Origin: Epithemia pelagica
Lineage: Eukaryota > Protista > Bacillariophyta
Reading direction: 5' to 3'
Assembly (NCBI GenBank): GCA_946965045.2
Contig: OX337231.1
Span: forward strand, 1,984,001-2,048,000
Length of the DNA stretch: 64,000 nt
Shown: one piece after another, positions 41,399 through 52,426 of the stretch
Layout of the letters: every line of letters starts with the position of its first letter
Numbering within the stretch: the first letter of the stretch is position 1
Program-made: the position numbers and the translations under genes
Notes under the pieces: model-generated
Database searches by the model: none
What the model saw: the letters and a program-made list of their open reading frames with translations, nothing else
Told to the model about the DNA's origin: nothing

Positions 41399-44300
41399 AT
41401 GTCTTCTTCTTCCCACAAACGTCAGAAGCTGTCTCAGAAGCAAGCCCGAGAATCCTTTGATGCTCAAATGGGATCCTTACAATCGGTTGCATCTGCAGGC
41501 ATCGCCAAAACAAACAGCACCCCTGCGTCCCATGCCCGTTCGTCCTCTACACCCGGTATTCAGTCCTTTCGCCATGCTTCCTCCGTTGCCATTGGTGCCA
41601 ACGTTCCCTACGAAACCCCCTTGGCCAGTCGGCAGCCACAACAACAACAATCATCCAATGTTGGCAGGTCGGAACCATCTACCTTTCTTGACAGCGCTGC
41701 GGCCAGTTCCTTATCCACTCTTGCCTCTGACCGAACTCAGCCTCCTCGCCGTGTCGAAATGGTTGCCTTCCCTCCCTTGGCCTCTAACGATTCTGGTCAT
41801 CGTCCGTCAGGAAACGAAGTCGATGAAGAAGCACAGACTCACAACCCAACTACAAGGGGTGTCTCATCTCTTTCGTTCCAATTGTGGCACAGGAAAAATT
41901 CGTTTGGCGAGATGGAATTTGGGACTCAATCGTCCCCTCCCAAGCCTCTCTCCACTCTACAACTGTCGGCACAATCGCCAGGTGTAGAACAACCAGAGGA
42001 TGCCCCAAATACCGAGTATACTGTCCCTACTGCCGTCGCTCCATCGGCCTCAACCCAGGAGCCGACGACAGCACCTACTACTAACGATCCATCTCCAACC
42101 CCAATCCAAGCACCTACCGCTACAAAGCCTTCTCCAACCTATGCCCATCTCACCGGACGAGTGAAGAATGTGAAAGAAGGAGCCTATCTCCTTCCTTTGC
42201 GACGCCAACCTCCCTTTGCATGTGCCAATCCTGGCAACTCCGCCATGCTACATCCTCCTCTGATTGTTGTTTCTCCAACCGCTACTACAACTCGGTCAAA
42301 ACTTACCCTTGCCTCCAACAACTGCTCACAGCTCATGAGGAAGGCCAAAAACTACACATCTGGTGTCACTAGATCCTCAAACGGCAAATCCAAACAACAA
42401 CGATACCAACCTCAATCCAAAAAGCGGAAATCAATCAGCGAACAATCAGCGGTATCGTCCACTCTTTCCGATGCCACGCCTATACCCTCACCGTCGTCAC
42501 CTACCGGAACCCACGCCATTCATGTTGTTACATCATTTGCTCTCAGGACTCTTCTGTTGGAAGATGTATGGTTTCTGAAACCCAACACCCCTGTCGTACT
42601 CTTTTTTGACGAGACCATCCTTCCGCCGCGATACGGAAAGCGTTGGTTGAAAGTTTGGCGGGACACATTGCAATCGGAATTCATCCCGACTGTTTTGTGT
42701 CAAGGAAAACCATATAAACAGCTCGTCGGCTGGGTCCATCAAAATCCACACAGAGACAAGGTTGAGGGAGAGCATCCGATGAAGCAGCTAGCTGAAACTC
42801 TTGTGGAACGAACCCAAATTGGTATTGAAATGAAATTTCCTATCTTTTCAGCGATAGATTGCAACCTTGCATTCCCTCCTCAACAGTGTATTCAACAGTT
42901 ACTGTCATGGTTCGAGGTTTTTCACTACCCTGAGGGGCTTTTCATGCAAGCAGACTACCACCCAGAAAGGAGTTGGTTGGAAGTTTTTAAGCGTCTAAAG
43001 ACAAGTGGAGACGACCGACTTACCTTGTTCCATCGTGCTATTCAAGAAAGTCACGGAGATAGATTCATGATGGCGGAGATGAAAAGTGTATGGGAGCGCC
43101 TTGAGAACAAACAGTGTGCGGAAGAAAAAGCTGCAGAATCCAAAGAGGCACTAGCTGTGGCCGTCAAAGATGCTCAAAGACAACCTCTGATTCCCCCCCC
43201 TATTGTTGATGTTCCGGTTGTGAAGAAGTTCTGCAAACGCGTCGATTCGCGGATTCAGGAGAGGCTCGAAGATTGTTTCGGTAGATTTAACAACATCTTC
43301 GAGAAATTCCTCTCTGAATCCGAAACACGACATCTTGCTGCTGAATTTGAGCGTGTCTTACCACGTCAATTCAATGCATTAATGGGGTTCAGTGGCTATG
43401 ACAAGAAACTTGAATTGGCTCCAAAGAAACAACGAGGATTTCTACGACTTCGTTATTCTCTTGACGTGTTTTTCCAATTTGTCGCAAGAGCACGAAAGCA
43501 CAATAATCACATGTTCGTGCCATTCGCCATGATCTTTGCATTGGCTCAATATGCGTGTGGGCATTCAATGCTGGCCACACAACTCCCTGTTTGGTTCGGT
43601 ATATCCGTCTCCAAGCGGACGATGGAGCGTAGAGTTGAGGAATGGATCATGACCTACGATGCCAAAGTTAAAAGATCAATTCGGAAAGTCAGCAACTTGC
43701 TTTGTGTCTTTGACAACCTCCAAGACGGTAGACGCCTACAATTCCAGAGCGGTCAAAGCTGCATCTTTACACGGGTAACAGCGCGATTTGTCATGGCTAT
43801 GTATATAGCCAAGTTTCCAGAGTGGGTATACTCATATTTGGAACGGCCTAAACTCACGTTCCTAAGGCAAGCTATTCCGGCACCTTACCAAATGCCCGCG
43901 TTTGAGAAGTCCAAGTCTTTCAGTTTCATCAGTGATATTGTTTCTGTCTTCCGTGGTACCTATGACACCGACTTAGAGAAGAATGGCAACCCCTTTGACC
44001 TTTCTGGCCAACGAGTCTCTGTTTTTGTGAACATGGTTGCATGTTGCAATACATTACACAATCTTAAACGGTTCTTGTCAGTGAAACGGCGTAAAGGTCT
44101 TGATGTGGATTACACTCTACAGCCCAAGGCCTTCTCTAATTGCCGTTCGAGACGACGCATCAACGCCGCTTTCAACGGGCTCAGAAAAAACAAGGACAGC
44201 AACATATTCGAAATTGCCCGACAATTCCAATCTCGTGTTGTCCGTACATGGCGTTATGTCCCTCCGGTTGCAGAACTCTTGATTCTGCCTGTGTCGGTGC

Positions 44301-46597
44301 TGGATGAAACTACCAAAGTCGGCGCAACCGGAATCATCATGGACTTCATGGTCCTACATGGTTTGTTACGATACGACGAACACACGGAGAGTTTTTGTCC
44401 AGGTGATTCCTGGGAATCCAAATGGCTGTTCATTGTGGGGGATGGATTATCGGTTGAGAGAATGTTCCAATTTTTTGATAACATTCTCTCCATTGTGGAC
44501 TCCAAGACAGCGTCTTTCCGGCAAGCGTATCGTCAGGCAATGGCGATTTCTCGTGTGATCCATCGTGTCGTCCCCATCAACGGCGACCTACATGTCCGAT
44601 TCCATATGCTGGAGGCAATCTACCGTCTTTTTTATGGCGGCTTCCTTCAGTGCGTGCAGCACAGACTGAAATGGAAGCGCCTGGATCCCTACGAGGTTTC
44701 GAAGAGCTACCGACTCTGTCATCGGTTGGTAGTTCTGGTGTATGAGGAACTGGAGCGCATGATGCTTGATGTTTTTATTTTAGAAACGGTGAAAGAAGAA
44801 CAAGCCGACAGGTTTGTCCATCGCCAAGAGGAAGAAGACTTGGCAGTCTTTATTGCCAATAAGTATATGTCCTTCCTCAATGAACAGGCAAAGGAAAGTA
44901 AAGATTGGCTACGTCGTTTTCTGTGTAACTTCCTCCTTATCGTCAAAAAATATCTCGCCTTCTTGCAAGCGGAGCAAAGTGGCGACGCCGTGTCTATGGA
45001 GGCATTGGTAATTGACTATCTCCCCATCTTCTTTGTAACCAAAAAGAGCAACTCTTTCAGTATCCAGCTGCGACTGATCGAATTGTATTACCATGGATTA
45101 CCAATTTCCATTCTGCAGTTGATCAGGATGAATCGGACGAAACGACAGAAGACAAGCAACAACCCAAATCCTGCGTATCAAAAAGAAAGCGCGTTAGACC
45201 AAATCATGGAGCGGCTCATGCCTTTCTTCAAAGGCATGAGCCACAATGGAACCGAGGCCGCATTTGTGCGAGTCTCCCAAATGCTCACTGCATGCCAACG
45301 AGCAAAGCATTTTGTTGAGTTCTATACTCGTACCAGGTCTGATGGTGAGGCGGAACTTGCCGAAAGGAAGAAGGAGATGAAGGAAATGCAAAATGACGAC
45401 GCAACGAACGACACAGGTAATGACACAAGGAACGACGCAAGTCAAGATAATGCAACAGCGAATACCAAGAGTACAGAAGATAAACTTGCTGATCCAGGGG
45501 ATCGACACAAGAAAACCACGCATCCCAAGTCGAAGGTTAACCGCATTCTGGTAACGGAAGTCCTTGTTCTCGCCAGATGCCACGAAACGAGAAAAGAAGC
45601 GACCTTGGTTATTGATGGCAACCATTTTTGGAGGGCACTCGATGGAACCTCCCTTGAAGTGAAGAAGAAGATCCGAAATCGCGGAGACGGCAAAGTGGAA
45701 ACCGACATAACGCACCAATATGTTGTTGTACAGGCACAACAGATGATGAAGTCGTTCAAAAGCCAGAAAGATACAATGGAAAATGAACAGACGGAAAAGG
45801 AACACACGGAAGGAGATAACAGCGACAATGAGTCTATGGAAACAAACGCAAATTCGGCAATTGATCTCGAAGAGGCCATAAAAGAGCAAGATAACGAGGG
45901 CTCTGCTGATGGGCTTGCGTATTTTAGTGATGACGAGTCTGCCGTGGTGGAAGTTGAGGGAGACACGTCTTTTTTTGGGACACAAACAAGTGATTTGCTG
46001 GTCTCGGATGATGAGGACGACAATGATGGAATGGATGGAGATGAAGAAGAAGCACGTCTTCCAGAGAAAGACATGGAGGGGACCGAGATAGCAGAAACAC
46101 AGTTGCAAGACATGATAGCTGACGAAGAGACAGAACTGATGGATGGTACCGAAAATGAGTACGACGCTACAAGTGTCGGCTCAGCAGAAGACAACGACGC
46201 TGAAGATGACGAGAACAGGAGCGTGGACGACCAACGGGGAGATGAAGGGGATGGTGGTACAGAAGGACATAAAGAGGAAGAACCACTTATTGAGAAAGGG
46301 AAAGTAACAGGGATGAAGGTCGCTCCAATGAATGCAGTAGCGGCAAAAGATGTTATGGCCCATGCGGTACAAGAAATAGAGAAGAAGAATGTAATGGCTT
46401 TACGACAATGGGAAGCAGCAAGGAAAGAGCGGGAAGACCATTTCCTACGGCTGCAGTTGTTCCAAAGACTTGAAAAAATGGAGGATGATGGAAACGCTCT
46501 TTCACTCACAACGAGGAACGATGTTGGTACCCCCTTAGGTGATAAATTGGATAGAGGGTTGGATCTCTTCGAGCTATACAAGAAATCGTTACATTAA
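41399..46597 (+). CDS. Large putative Academ-type (DUF6589-like) transposase, 1732 aa
   Basis: VFDNLQ, FIVGDGLSVER, PINGDLHVRFHMLEAIY..FYGGFLQ, DQIMER. S/P/T-rich N-terminus and acidic C-terminus. Confidence 0.68.
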   Translation: MSSSSHKRQKLSQKQARESFDAQMGSLQSVASAGIAKTNSTPASHARSSSTPGIQSFRHASSVAIGANVPYETPLASRQPQQQQSSNVGRSEPSTFLDSAAASSLSTLASDRTQPPRRVEMVAFPPLASNDSGHRPSGNEVDEEAQTHNPTTRGVSSLSFQLWHRKNSFGEMEFGTQSSPPKPLSTLQLSAQSPGVEQPEDAPNTEYTVPTAVAPSASTQEPTTAPTTNDPSPTPIQAPTATKPSPTYAHLTGRVKNVKEGAYLLPLRRQPPFACANPGNSAMLHPPLIVVSPTATTTRSKLTLASNNCSQLMRKAKNYTSGVTRSSNGKSKQQRYQPQSKKRKSISEQSAVSSTLSDATPIPSPSSPTGTHAIHVVTSFALRTLLLEDVWFLKPNTPVVLFFDETILPPRYGKRWLKVWRDTLQSEFIPTVLCQGKPYKQLVGWVHQNPHRDKVEGEHPMKQLAETLVERTQIGIEMKFPIFSAIDCNLAFPPQQCIQQLLSWFEVFHYPEGLFMQADYHPERSWLEVFKRLKTSGDDRLTLFHRAIQESHGDRFMMAEMKSVWERLENKQCAEEKAAESKEALAVAVKDAQRQPLIPPPIVDVPVVKKFCKRVDSRIQERLEDCFGRFNNIFEKFLSESETRHLAAEFERVLPRQFNALMGFSGYDKKLELAPKKQRGFLRLRYSLDVFFQFVARARKHNNHMFVPFAMIFALAQYACGHSMLATQLPVWFGISVSKRTMERRVEEWIMTYDAKVKRSIRKVSNLLCVFDNLQDGRRLQFQSGQSCIFTRVTARFVMAMYIAKFPEWVYSYLERPKLTFLRQAIPAPYQMPAFEKSKSFSFISDIVSVFRGTYDTDLEKNGNPFDLSGQRVSVFVNMVACCNTLHNLKRFLSVKRRKGLDVDYTLQPKAFSNCRSRRRINAAFNGLRKNKDSNIFEIARQFQSRVVRTWRYVPPVAELLILPVSVLDETTKVGATGIIMDFMVLHGLLRYDEHTESFCPGDSWESKWLFIVGDGLSVERMFQFFDNILSIVDSKTASFRQAYRQAMAISRVIHRVVPINGDLHVRFHMLEAIYRLFYGGFLQCVQHRLKWKRLDPYEVSKSYRLCHRLVVLVYEELERMMLDVFILETVKEEQADRFVHRQEEEDLAVFIANKYMSFLNEQAKESKDWLRRFLCNFLLIVKKYLAFLQAEQSGDAVSMEALVIDYLPIFFVTKKSNSFSIQLRLIELYYHGLPISILQLIRMNRTKRQKTSNNPNPAYQKESALDQIMERLMPFFKGMSHNGTEAAFVRVSQMLTACQRAKHFVEFYTRTRSDGEAELAERKKEMKEMQNDDATNDTGNDTRNDASQDNATANTKSTEDKLADPGDRHKKTTHPKSKVNRILVTEVLVLARCHETRKEATLVIDGNHFWRALDGTSLEVKKKIRNRGDGKVETDITHQYVVVQAQQMMKSFKSQKDTMENEQTEKEHTEGDNSDNESMETNANSAIDLEEAIKEQDNEGSADGLAYFSDDESAVVEVEGDTSFFGTQTSDLLVSDDEDDNDGMDGDEEEARLPEKDMEGTEIAETQLQDMIADEETELMDGTENEYDATSVGSAEDNDAEDDENRSVDDQRGDEGDGGTEGHKEEEPLIEKGKVTGMKVAPMNAVAAKDVMAHAVQEIEKKNVMALRQWEAARKEREDHFLRLQLFQRLEKMEDDGNALSLTTRNDVGTPLGDKLDRGLDLFELYKKSLH

Positions 46598-46659
46598 ACA
46601 TACTTTATAGTTATTTCATTGAATACACGAATTGAGAGTTCCTATCAGTATAGGAACCA

Positions 46660-48756
46660 TTACGAGTCTTTAGAAGGAAAGATGGCAAAGCCATCCCATG
46701 CCCCAGGTAGATTCATACGTGGATTGCCGTTGGTATCGTACCCCAATTTAACTCGAAGCTGAAAGCCATCAACATCCGGCTCCAGAATGCGACTGGCGAA
46801 GCATTTCATGATGGTAGCCTTAGCCCGTTGTCTTATGGTTGCCTTGGTTTTAATCCGAAAAACTCGGCGGCCAAATGCCTTCTTCTTCTTGCCCTCTCGG
46901 TCCTCAGTTTCGAAATCAACAAGTGTGTTAAGGAACACGTCCTTGTGAAGGGATAGCTGGGAGGGACGAACTTTGTCAGTGATGAAGATACGAACGAAGT
47001 ATTGCTTCAATGCTTCGATATCAACGCGACAGTCCAATGCCGTAGATATGGGCTTCTCACGACAGCGCCAGCAGGCACCATTGCAACGAAGTGGAATATC
47101 ACAAACGGATGGGTGGTGTGGATTGAGCATCATGGACTCTAATTGCGAATGGATGCACTTGCCATTATCAAGACATAGCAACGACAGGACACTCAAGAGA
47201 TTCTGCCATTGGCGCTCAGCAAGGACATGAGCAGGCATTGTAGTAGCAGCAGAGACCTTTGTTCCTGGACTGCTTGTGGCGTTGTCCGTGGTTGTTGCGG
47301 TTTGTGACGCCTTTTTGGATTCTTCATATTTGGGTATAATGAAGATACGGGTCATGATAGATACAAGGCTGTTGAGGGACATGACGATTGTGAAGGAAGA
47401 GTTAGCAGGTGTTGCACGCTGACTTCGGCCACATCGGCCGGAACACTGAAGCAGGTCTTGTAAGCTTGCAGGTATTCCATGGAAAATAACCTTATCAACC
47501 TCGCCACAGTCGATACCTGAACTTGCCGTGCCGGCAGTAGCAAAGTACGCAACAGGGTCAAATTGTAGAGCCCGTCCAGTCGTTGGGCATTCGTCAAGGA
47601 GAGGCTTGCCGACAAATATGTCCGTATGGTGGAACTTTTGTTCCCGGAACATATTGCCGTGTACAAGCAGAACATCTTTTTGAATTCCATCACGGTGATT
47701 CAAATGGTTAAGCTTCACACGAGACTTCTCGTGTAAGTTGGTGATAGCCTTCCGCGAGTTTGAATACACCATCAATTTCCTACCACCCGGCAGCCGGCAG
47801 GTCTTCCTTAACTCGGATTTGATGCGGGTAGTAGGAGAATCCTTGAATGAAAGGTCAAGGAGCACATTTCGTCGCTCTACTCCTGAATGATGGAAAGGCC
47901 AAACTAGATCGTTGGAGAAGTCGAAGGAGATTCCGGTGAGACTGGACAAGTCTTGCAACATAGGTGGGGAGGCTGTGGCAGTCATGAAAATGACTGGGAT
48001 GGGGACCTTGGTTTTTTTTTGTAGGACTTTGAAAAAACACTTTCTCAATGCTCCGAATTCTTCACGGAATTCCATTCCGTGAGTGGCGAACAGATGGCAT
48101 TCGTCGATGGCCACAAGACGTAAGGTTCCATTGGAACAACATTGGGCAATGGTCGCTTGCCAAGAGGGATCGTTGCTGATTTTTTGGGGTGACGTAAATA
48201 TAAAGATCCTCTTCTTTGCTGGATCGTCGTTAGGTAAATTCTCCAAATGACGACGGAGAATGTTATTGAGTCGACCGGAACGAAGAACATCAAGATTAAA
48301 GACTTGGAGGCGGTTGGAAAGATGGTTGGCCAACGATATGTGCTTCAATTTGGACGTTTGGTCGGCTGCCAAACTCAGTAAGGGGACAATTGTTACTGTG
48401 ATCCCTCCACACAGAATACCACCGATGTCACGGACGGCCGATTTGCCGCCGCCGGTCGAACGAACAAGGAGGAGAGGACGTAGCATGGACGGTGGTGTAG
48501 AAGGGCCAATGTGGCGCAGGAGAACTTGCTTTGTGGCGTCGATCTGCCACGGACGGGCGGTCTTCCCATGCCAATCTGTGAAGACGGCTTCTATGGCCTG
48601 TTGCAGAAGGTCCGGACCATGGGAAGGACGGTCGGTAGGGTTGTGGACCGAATGGAACGACGGAAGCAATGTACTAGAGCCGGTTGCGGATGCGGTCGAT
48701 GGATCTCCGCCTTCGTTGTTGTTGTTCCGAAATGGGGTGTTTTGCTGGCTGTCCAT
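46660..48756 (-). CDS. RecQ-like superfamily 2 helicase, 698 aa
   Basis: STGGGKS, VPLLSLAADQ, IDECH, MTATA, SGID, QCSGRCGR and C-terminal CIH..CNGACWRC. Confidence 0.9.
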   Translation of the reverse strand: MDSQQNTPFRNNNNEGGDPSTASATGSSTLLPSFHSVHNPTDRPSHGPDLLQQAIEAVFTDWHGKTARPWQIDATKQVLLRHIGPSTPPSMLRPLLLVRSTGGGKSAVRDIGGILCGGITVTIVPLLSLAADQTSKLKHISLANHLSNRLQVFNLDVLRSGRLNNILRRHLENLPNDDPAKKRIFIFTSPQKISNDPSWQATIAQCCSNGTLRLVAIDECHLFATHGMEFREEFGALRKCFFKVLQKKTKVPIPVIFMTATASPPMLQDLSSLTGISFDFSNDLVWPFHHSGVERRNVLLDLSFKDSPTTRIKSELRKTCRLPGGRKLMVYSNSRKAITNLHEKSRVKLNHLNHRDGIQKDVLLVHGNMFREQKFHHTDIFVGKPLLDECPTTGRALQFDPVAYFATAGTASSGIDCGEVDKVIFHGIPASLQDLLQCSGRCGRSQRATPANSSFTIVMSLNSLVSIMTRIFIIPKYEESKKASQTATTTDNATSSPGTKVSAATTMPAHVLAERQWQNLLSVLSLLCLDNGKCIHSQLESMMLNPHHPSVCDIPLRCNGACWRCREKPISTALDCRVDIEALKQYFVRIFITDKVRPSQLSLHKDVFLNTLVDFETEDREGKKKKAFGRRVFRIKTKATIRQRAKATIMKCFASRILEPDVDGFQLRVKLGYDTNGNPRMNLPGAWDGFAIFPSKDS

Positions 48757-49201
48757 GCTTGTGGATGGACAATTGAATACAACACCAAGTAAGCAGAAGT
48801 GTCGTTGGTAGTATGGTAAAGCTTAGAGGGGCTTGGGTGTGGTTGGAAAACCTGCAATGCGGATGAAATCGACCTCACTTGTTTGGCACCGTGGTGGATG
48901 CGTTGAGGTGAAATGCGATTTGTATCAATGTCGTAAAATCGCCAAATTTGGGTGGTCGAGCCAAGGGGGTGAGAAAGAGAATGTACCTTTAGGTACGACT
49001 TATATGCGACCTGGACTCACCCCTGCTTGGGGGTAAATGGAGCGGGGGGACAGCCCGCTTTGTGAGAAGGGGCCACATGCGTTTCGGGCCCCACCACATC
49101 GAGTTTTAGAGCCCTCCACGTGAAAGGTGAGAGTGCGACTGACTTTGGTTAACAGATTTCACAGAAAAATCTAGCCACCCTCATAACCTATCCTAGACAC
49201 A

Positions 49202-49228
49202 CAACAACAACAACAACAACAACAACAA
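49202..49228 (+). repeat. (CAA)9 microsatellite upstream of LRR-like copy 1
   Basis: Direct reading. Absent upstream of copies 2 and 3. Confidence 0.95.
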
Positions 49229-49243
49229 ACGACTCTGGCGACC

Positions 49244-50758
49244 ATGAATTCCAACGAGGTCGAAGGTTCCATCATCAAAAAAACCCTACGCGGGAAACAG
49301 GTCATTGATATTGATAGATTTGATGCGAAACATTCGCTGGATGACCTGGCAAGAGTCCTGTCGCAACACGAGTCCCTGGACACGTTGTGCATTCGGGAGG
49401 ATGAATTGGACAGGAGACCCATCAGCCACGACGAGATTGGTCGCTTGCTGGAGGCCATTGAAGGACATTCCAACTTGACGCTCATTTCCCTCCCGCGTTG
49501 TTGGGCCTCAACCGAAACGGACACGAGAATGATCCGGCATTTCTCGGATAGCCCCAAATTGGTGATCCTGAACCTAAGACTAGGGTTTATTTTGTCTAGA
49601 TCCTGCATGCCCTCTCCTGGCATCCGTTTGGATTTGTATGACAATGTCAACATTCGGTTGGAGGTGTACCAAGAACTTGCAAAAATGCCCAATCTCATTT
49701 CCTTAAAAATACCCACTCCTCCCATGTCCTCAGAGGGACACCGTAATACCCTTCGCACATTGATCAATTTGACGAACGACCCACTGTGCAATATTTCGCA
49801 AATGTCCTTTGCCACGAAACTGAGCCACCAAGATCTTAAAAATGTGAGCAACTACGCAAAGTTGACGGAACTATCCATGGCATATGTCAATGCTGATCAA
49901 TTACGTTGGTTGTTTCCCTTGAGTCAGCTGGAGAAAGTAACATTTCATTGTATCACTTCTACGGGTATTGTTCCCAGTGACCAGTCATCCCACATCTTGA
50001 ATGGATTGGCAGAGTTCTTGATTGCACAACCAAAGTTAAAAAACTTATGGCTCGCGGAATATGTGGTCAATTCTGACGGGGACACATTTGCACTCCACGA
50101 GTCTACCGAGTCCGCAATCCCTCACCTCACCCAAGCGGTGAAAACCCATAAATCCTTGCATTCGCTGAGGTTGCATCCCCCATTTGGACATGGAGAGCAA
50201 GTGTCGCATGCAATTTATTTGGCATTGTCAGCGGCATTACCTTACAATAGCAGGATCAAGAAACTGGACCTTAGTCATTGTCCTTGGGATTTTAAGGCGC
50301 GGCGTGGTCTGTTACCAGCAGCAGTACACCTCCAGGAGTTGTTGCTTGATCTGGATCGCATGGACATAGACCAGGTGAAAGATATCGCATCATGGGTGGA
50401 CAAAAATATGAATATAATCAGAATTACGCGCAATGATTTGCGGTGGTCTCTTTGGCGCCGCCCTCGTTTGCCTAAAGATTTGACTAAAGTGTACCATCAA
50501 ATTCGCAAGGCCCTGGCCCGAAACAAGCTAGCGCAACATGCCAACAATGCAGCTTATGCACATCCGGCCATCTCCATTACTGTTTGGCCACAGCTGTTGG
50601 CCAAACTTGGATCTAATGGACACGAGGGCACTCCTCTGCTTGTGTTCCTCCGCAAGAACACGCAGCCGATCATGTCATTGCAGGGGCCGAATTTGAAACG
50701 AAATTCAACGAACAGATTATTCAAGCAACGTGGCAAAAAGATCGCTTCCCATTTATGA
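49244..50758 (+). CDS. LRR/RNI-like protein, copy 1
   Basis: LxxLxL repeats (SLDTLCI, NLTLISL, LVILNL, QLEKVTF, KLKNLWL, SLHSLRL, RIKKLDL) and C-terminal VWPQLLAKL..VFLR. Confidence 0.7.
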   Translation: MNSNEVEGSIIKKTLRGKQVIDIDRFDAKHSLDDLARVLSQHESLDTLCIREDELDRRPISHDEIGRLLEAIEGHSNLTLISLPRCWASTETDTRMIRHFSDSPKLVILNLRLGFILSRSCMPSPGIRLDLYDNVNIRLEVYQELAKMPNLISLKIPTPPMSSEGHRNTLRTLINLTNDPLCNISQMSFATKLSHQDLKNVSNYAKLTELSMAYVNADQLRWLFPLSQLEKVTFHCITSTGIVPSDQSSHILNGLAEFLIAQPKLKNLWLAEYVVNSDGDTFALHESTESAIPHLTQAVKTHKSLHSLRLHPPFGHGEQVSHAIYLALSAALPYNSRIKKLDLSHCPWDFKARRGLLPAAVHLQELLLDLDRMDIDQVKDIASWVDKNMNIIRITRNDLRWSLWRRPRLPKDLTKVYHQIRKALARNKLAQHANNAAYAHPAISITVWPQLLAKLGSNGHEGTPLLVFLRKNTQPIMSLQGPNLKRNSTNRLFKQRGKKIASHL

Positions 50759-52426
50759 GACAGCGTGTACAAGAAGCCAACAAGGACAACAAGACGGCCA
50801 AACTTGACAAAGAGGAGAACAACGTCGCACGGATGAGGGTCTTGTCTGAATTGTGAATTCCGACCACTCCTTGACGATTACCAGACAGAAGGCTTCAGGA
50901 CTGTGCTCAAACAGATAACAGTTCTATATTATTTGTTGGTCTAGGCCAACTTACTCCTACCATAGTGTTCATCCATCAATGCTTTCCTACTCCTATGTAC
51001 TCCATTTGGTGGAATGTTCTTTCTTTTCGTGAAGGGTGTGGATAAAGGAAAGTCACGGCCATACTTTCCATGGCGTCTGTGTAGCACGACTTGTTTTGGT
51101 GGTTACTGGAATGGGCATTGGCAACACCGAAAATAATGATATTCGAGAATCTGTTGAAAACCGGATTGTTGCTTCTTTTTCAAGAAAACAATGAATCTCT
51201 CTTCAACGTAGCAGAAAGTATTACACAATTGCAATAGTGGATCCAATTACTTACAAGTACTGTTTAAGCAGAAACGACAAAGCTGGCCCTGAATCGATAG
51301 CAAAGTCCTCCCCACTGGAGGTGGATGAAAAAATGTGGAAGCTCGAAAAGTCAGCGAGTCGCACACAACCTGCACCCAGCATGGTCAACAACCAAGACAA
51401 AGGAGTAGAGGAGCAATCCAGTGCCCAATTTATCACCTCAAGTATGACCATGGCTGGTGGATCTGACGACAGCGACAGTATTTCCGATGAAATGGGAACG
51501 TCATGGTCGCATCGAATGCTCCAAGTCTGACCAAGAGCGAAGTCGCGCCCATGACGAGGTTCCCAGTAGTAAAGATCGAAGTTCGGAACACAGTTCCACT
51601 CCCTGCGCATGCGATTGGAGTAGTGAAGAATTGATCATCGGAAAGGGTAGTATCGCCCTTCCAAGTCTTTGCCCAAGGATTTCAAAGAAGGAGCCCGCAT
51701 GCACGTACTGGAAAAAGCCATCCTGTCCGTTGAGTGTTGTGGAGTCTCGACAGAGACGTTTCTGTCTGCCAATGACACCATTGTGGCTGCTCCCCGATCC
51801 TGTTGCTGATTGCCATCCCGTTCTTGCAACGACGACAACAAGAAGTCCTCCATCGGCATCGACCAATTGCCGTTGCACCATTATCAATCACAACACGACC
51901 CGAAAACTCTCTTGTCACAACAAGAATCGAACGGATTGATGCCAACGATTTGCTGCAATCCTCTTTAACAACAAGAAGTACCCAGAAGAGCCATTGGACT
52001 CATTGGTCTGTCGATACTGATGGAGGATTGTCGTCCCGAGAAAGAAAAGTTGATTGCGAAGCATGTAATCCTCAAAGGGTGTTTCTTACATTGTATCTCC
52101 GATTGCAGCTCGAGGTACGATTTACAGCTTGTTGCGATGGAAGTTGTCGTTGAGTGTACTGTTGTTTTGTCCAGTGTGACAACGACAAAAGCGGTTTGGT
52201 TCTTGTAATTGTTCCGTTGTTCCATCGACTTGATTTCGTTGCGGGTCATCTTATGGCCATTTGATGATAGGCTGCAGTGACCAGCATTGAGTAGTTGAAC
52301 ATATAGGGAAGAAGGAGTACTTCCCGTCTAACGCGCCGTGCGCGGTGCATCGTCTAATCCGGTTGCGTAGGTCCAAACAAGCAATATCCTGAAAGTACCC
52401 GATTCTTTTTGCACCTGAAAAGTGAT

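Larger units (their letters stand above)
41227..49035. mobile_element. AcademH-like DNA transposon (transposase plus RecQ-like helicase), 7.8 kb
   Basis: Perfect 25-bp TIRs TACCCCCAAGCAGGGGTGAGTCCAG (41227-41251, 49011-49035) enclosing two long convergent ORFs. No TSD. Confidence 0.75.

Noticed and set aside
45442-46581. 379-aa Ser-rich antisense ORF (likewise 23816-24820, 37501-38025, 45194-46108, 49171-49851, 54383-55033)
   Set aside because: Shadow frames of real genes, arising from biased codon content.
49202-49228. (CAA)9 tract as a functional or telomere-like element
   Set aside because: Ordinary microsatellite, present in only one of three paralogous 5' regions.
51230-52210. Possible third gene in the cassette (also 56205-57125)
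   Set aside because: Only short ORFs with stops and a frameshift between copies, and no recognisable domain. It may be a decayed gene but is unsupported.
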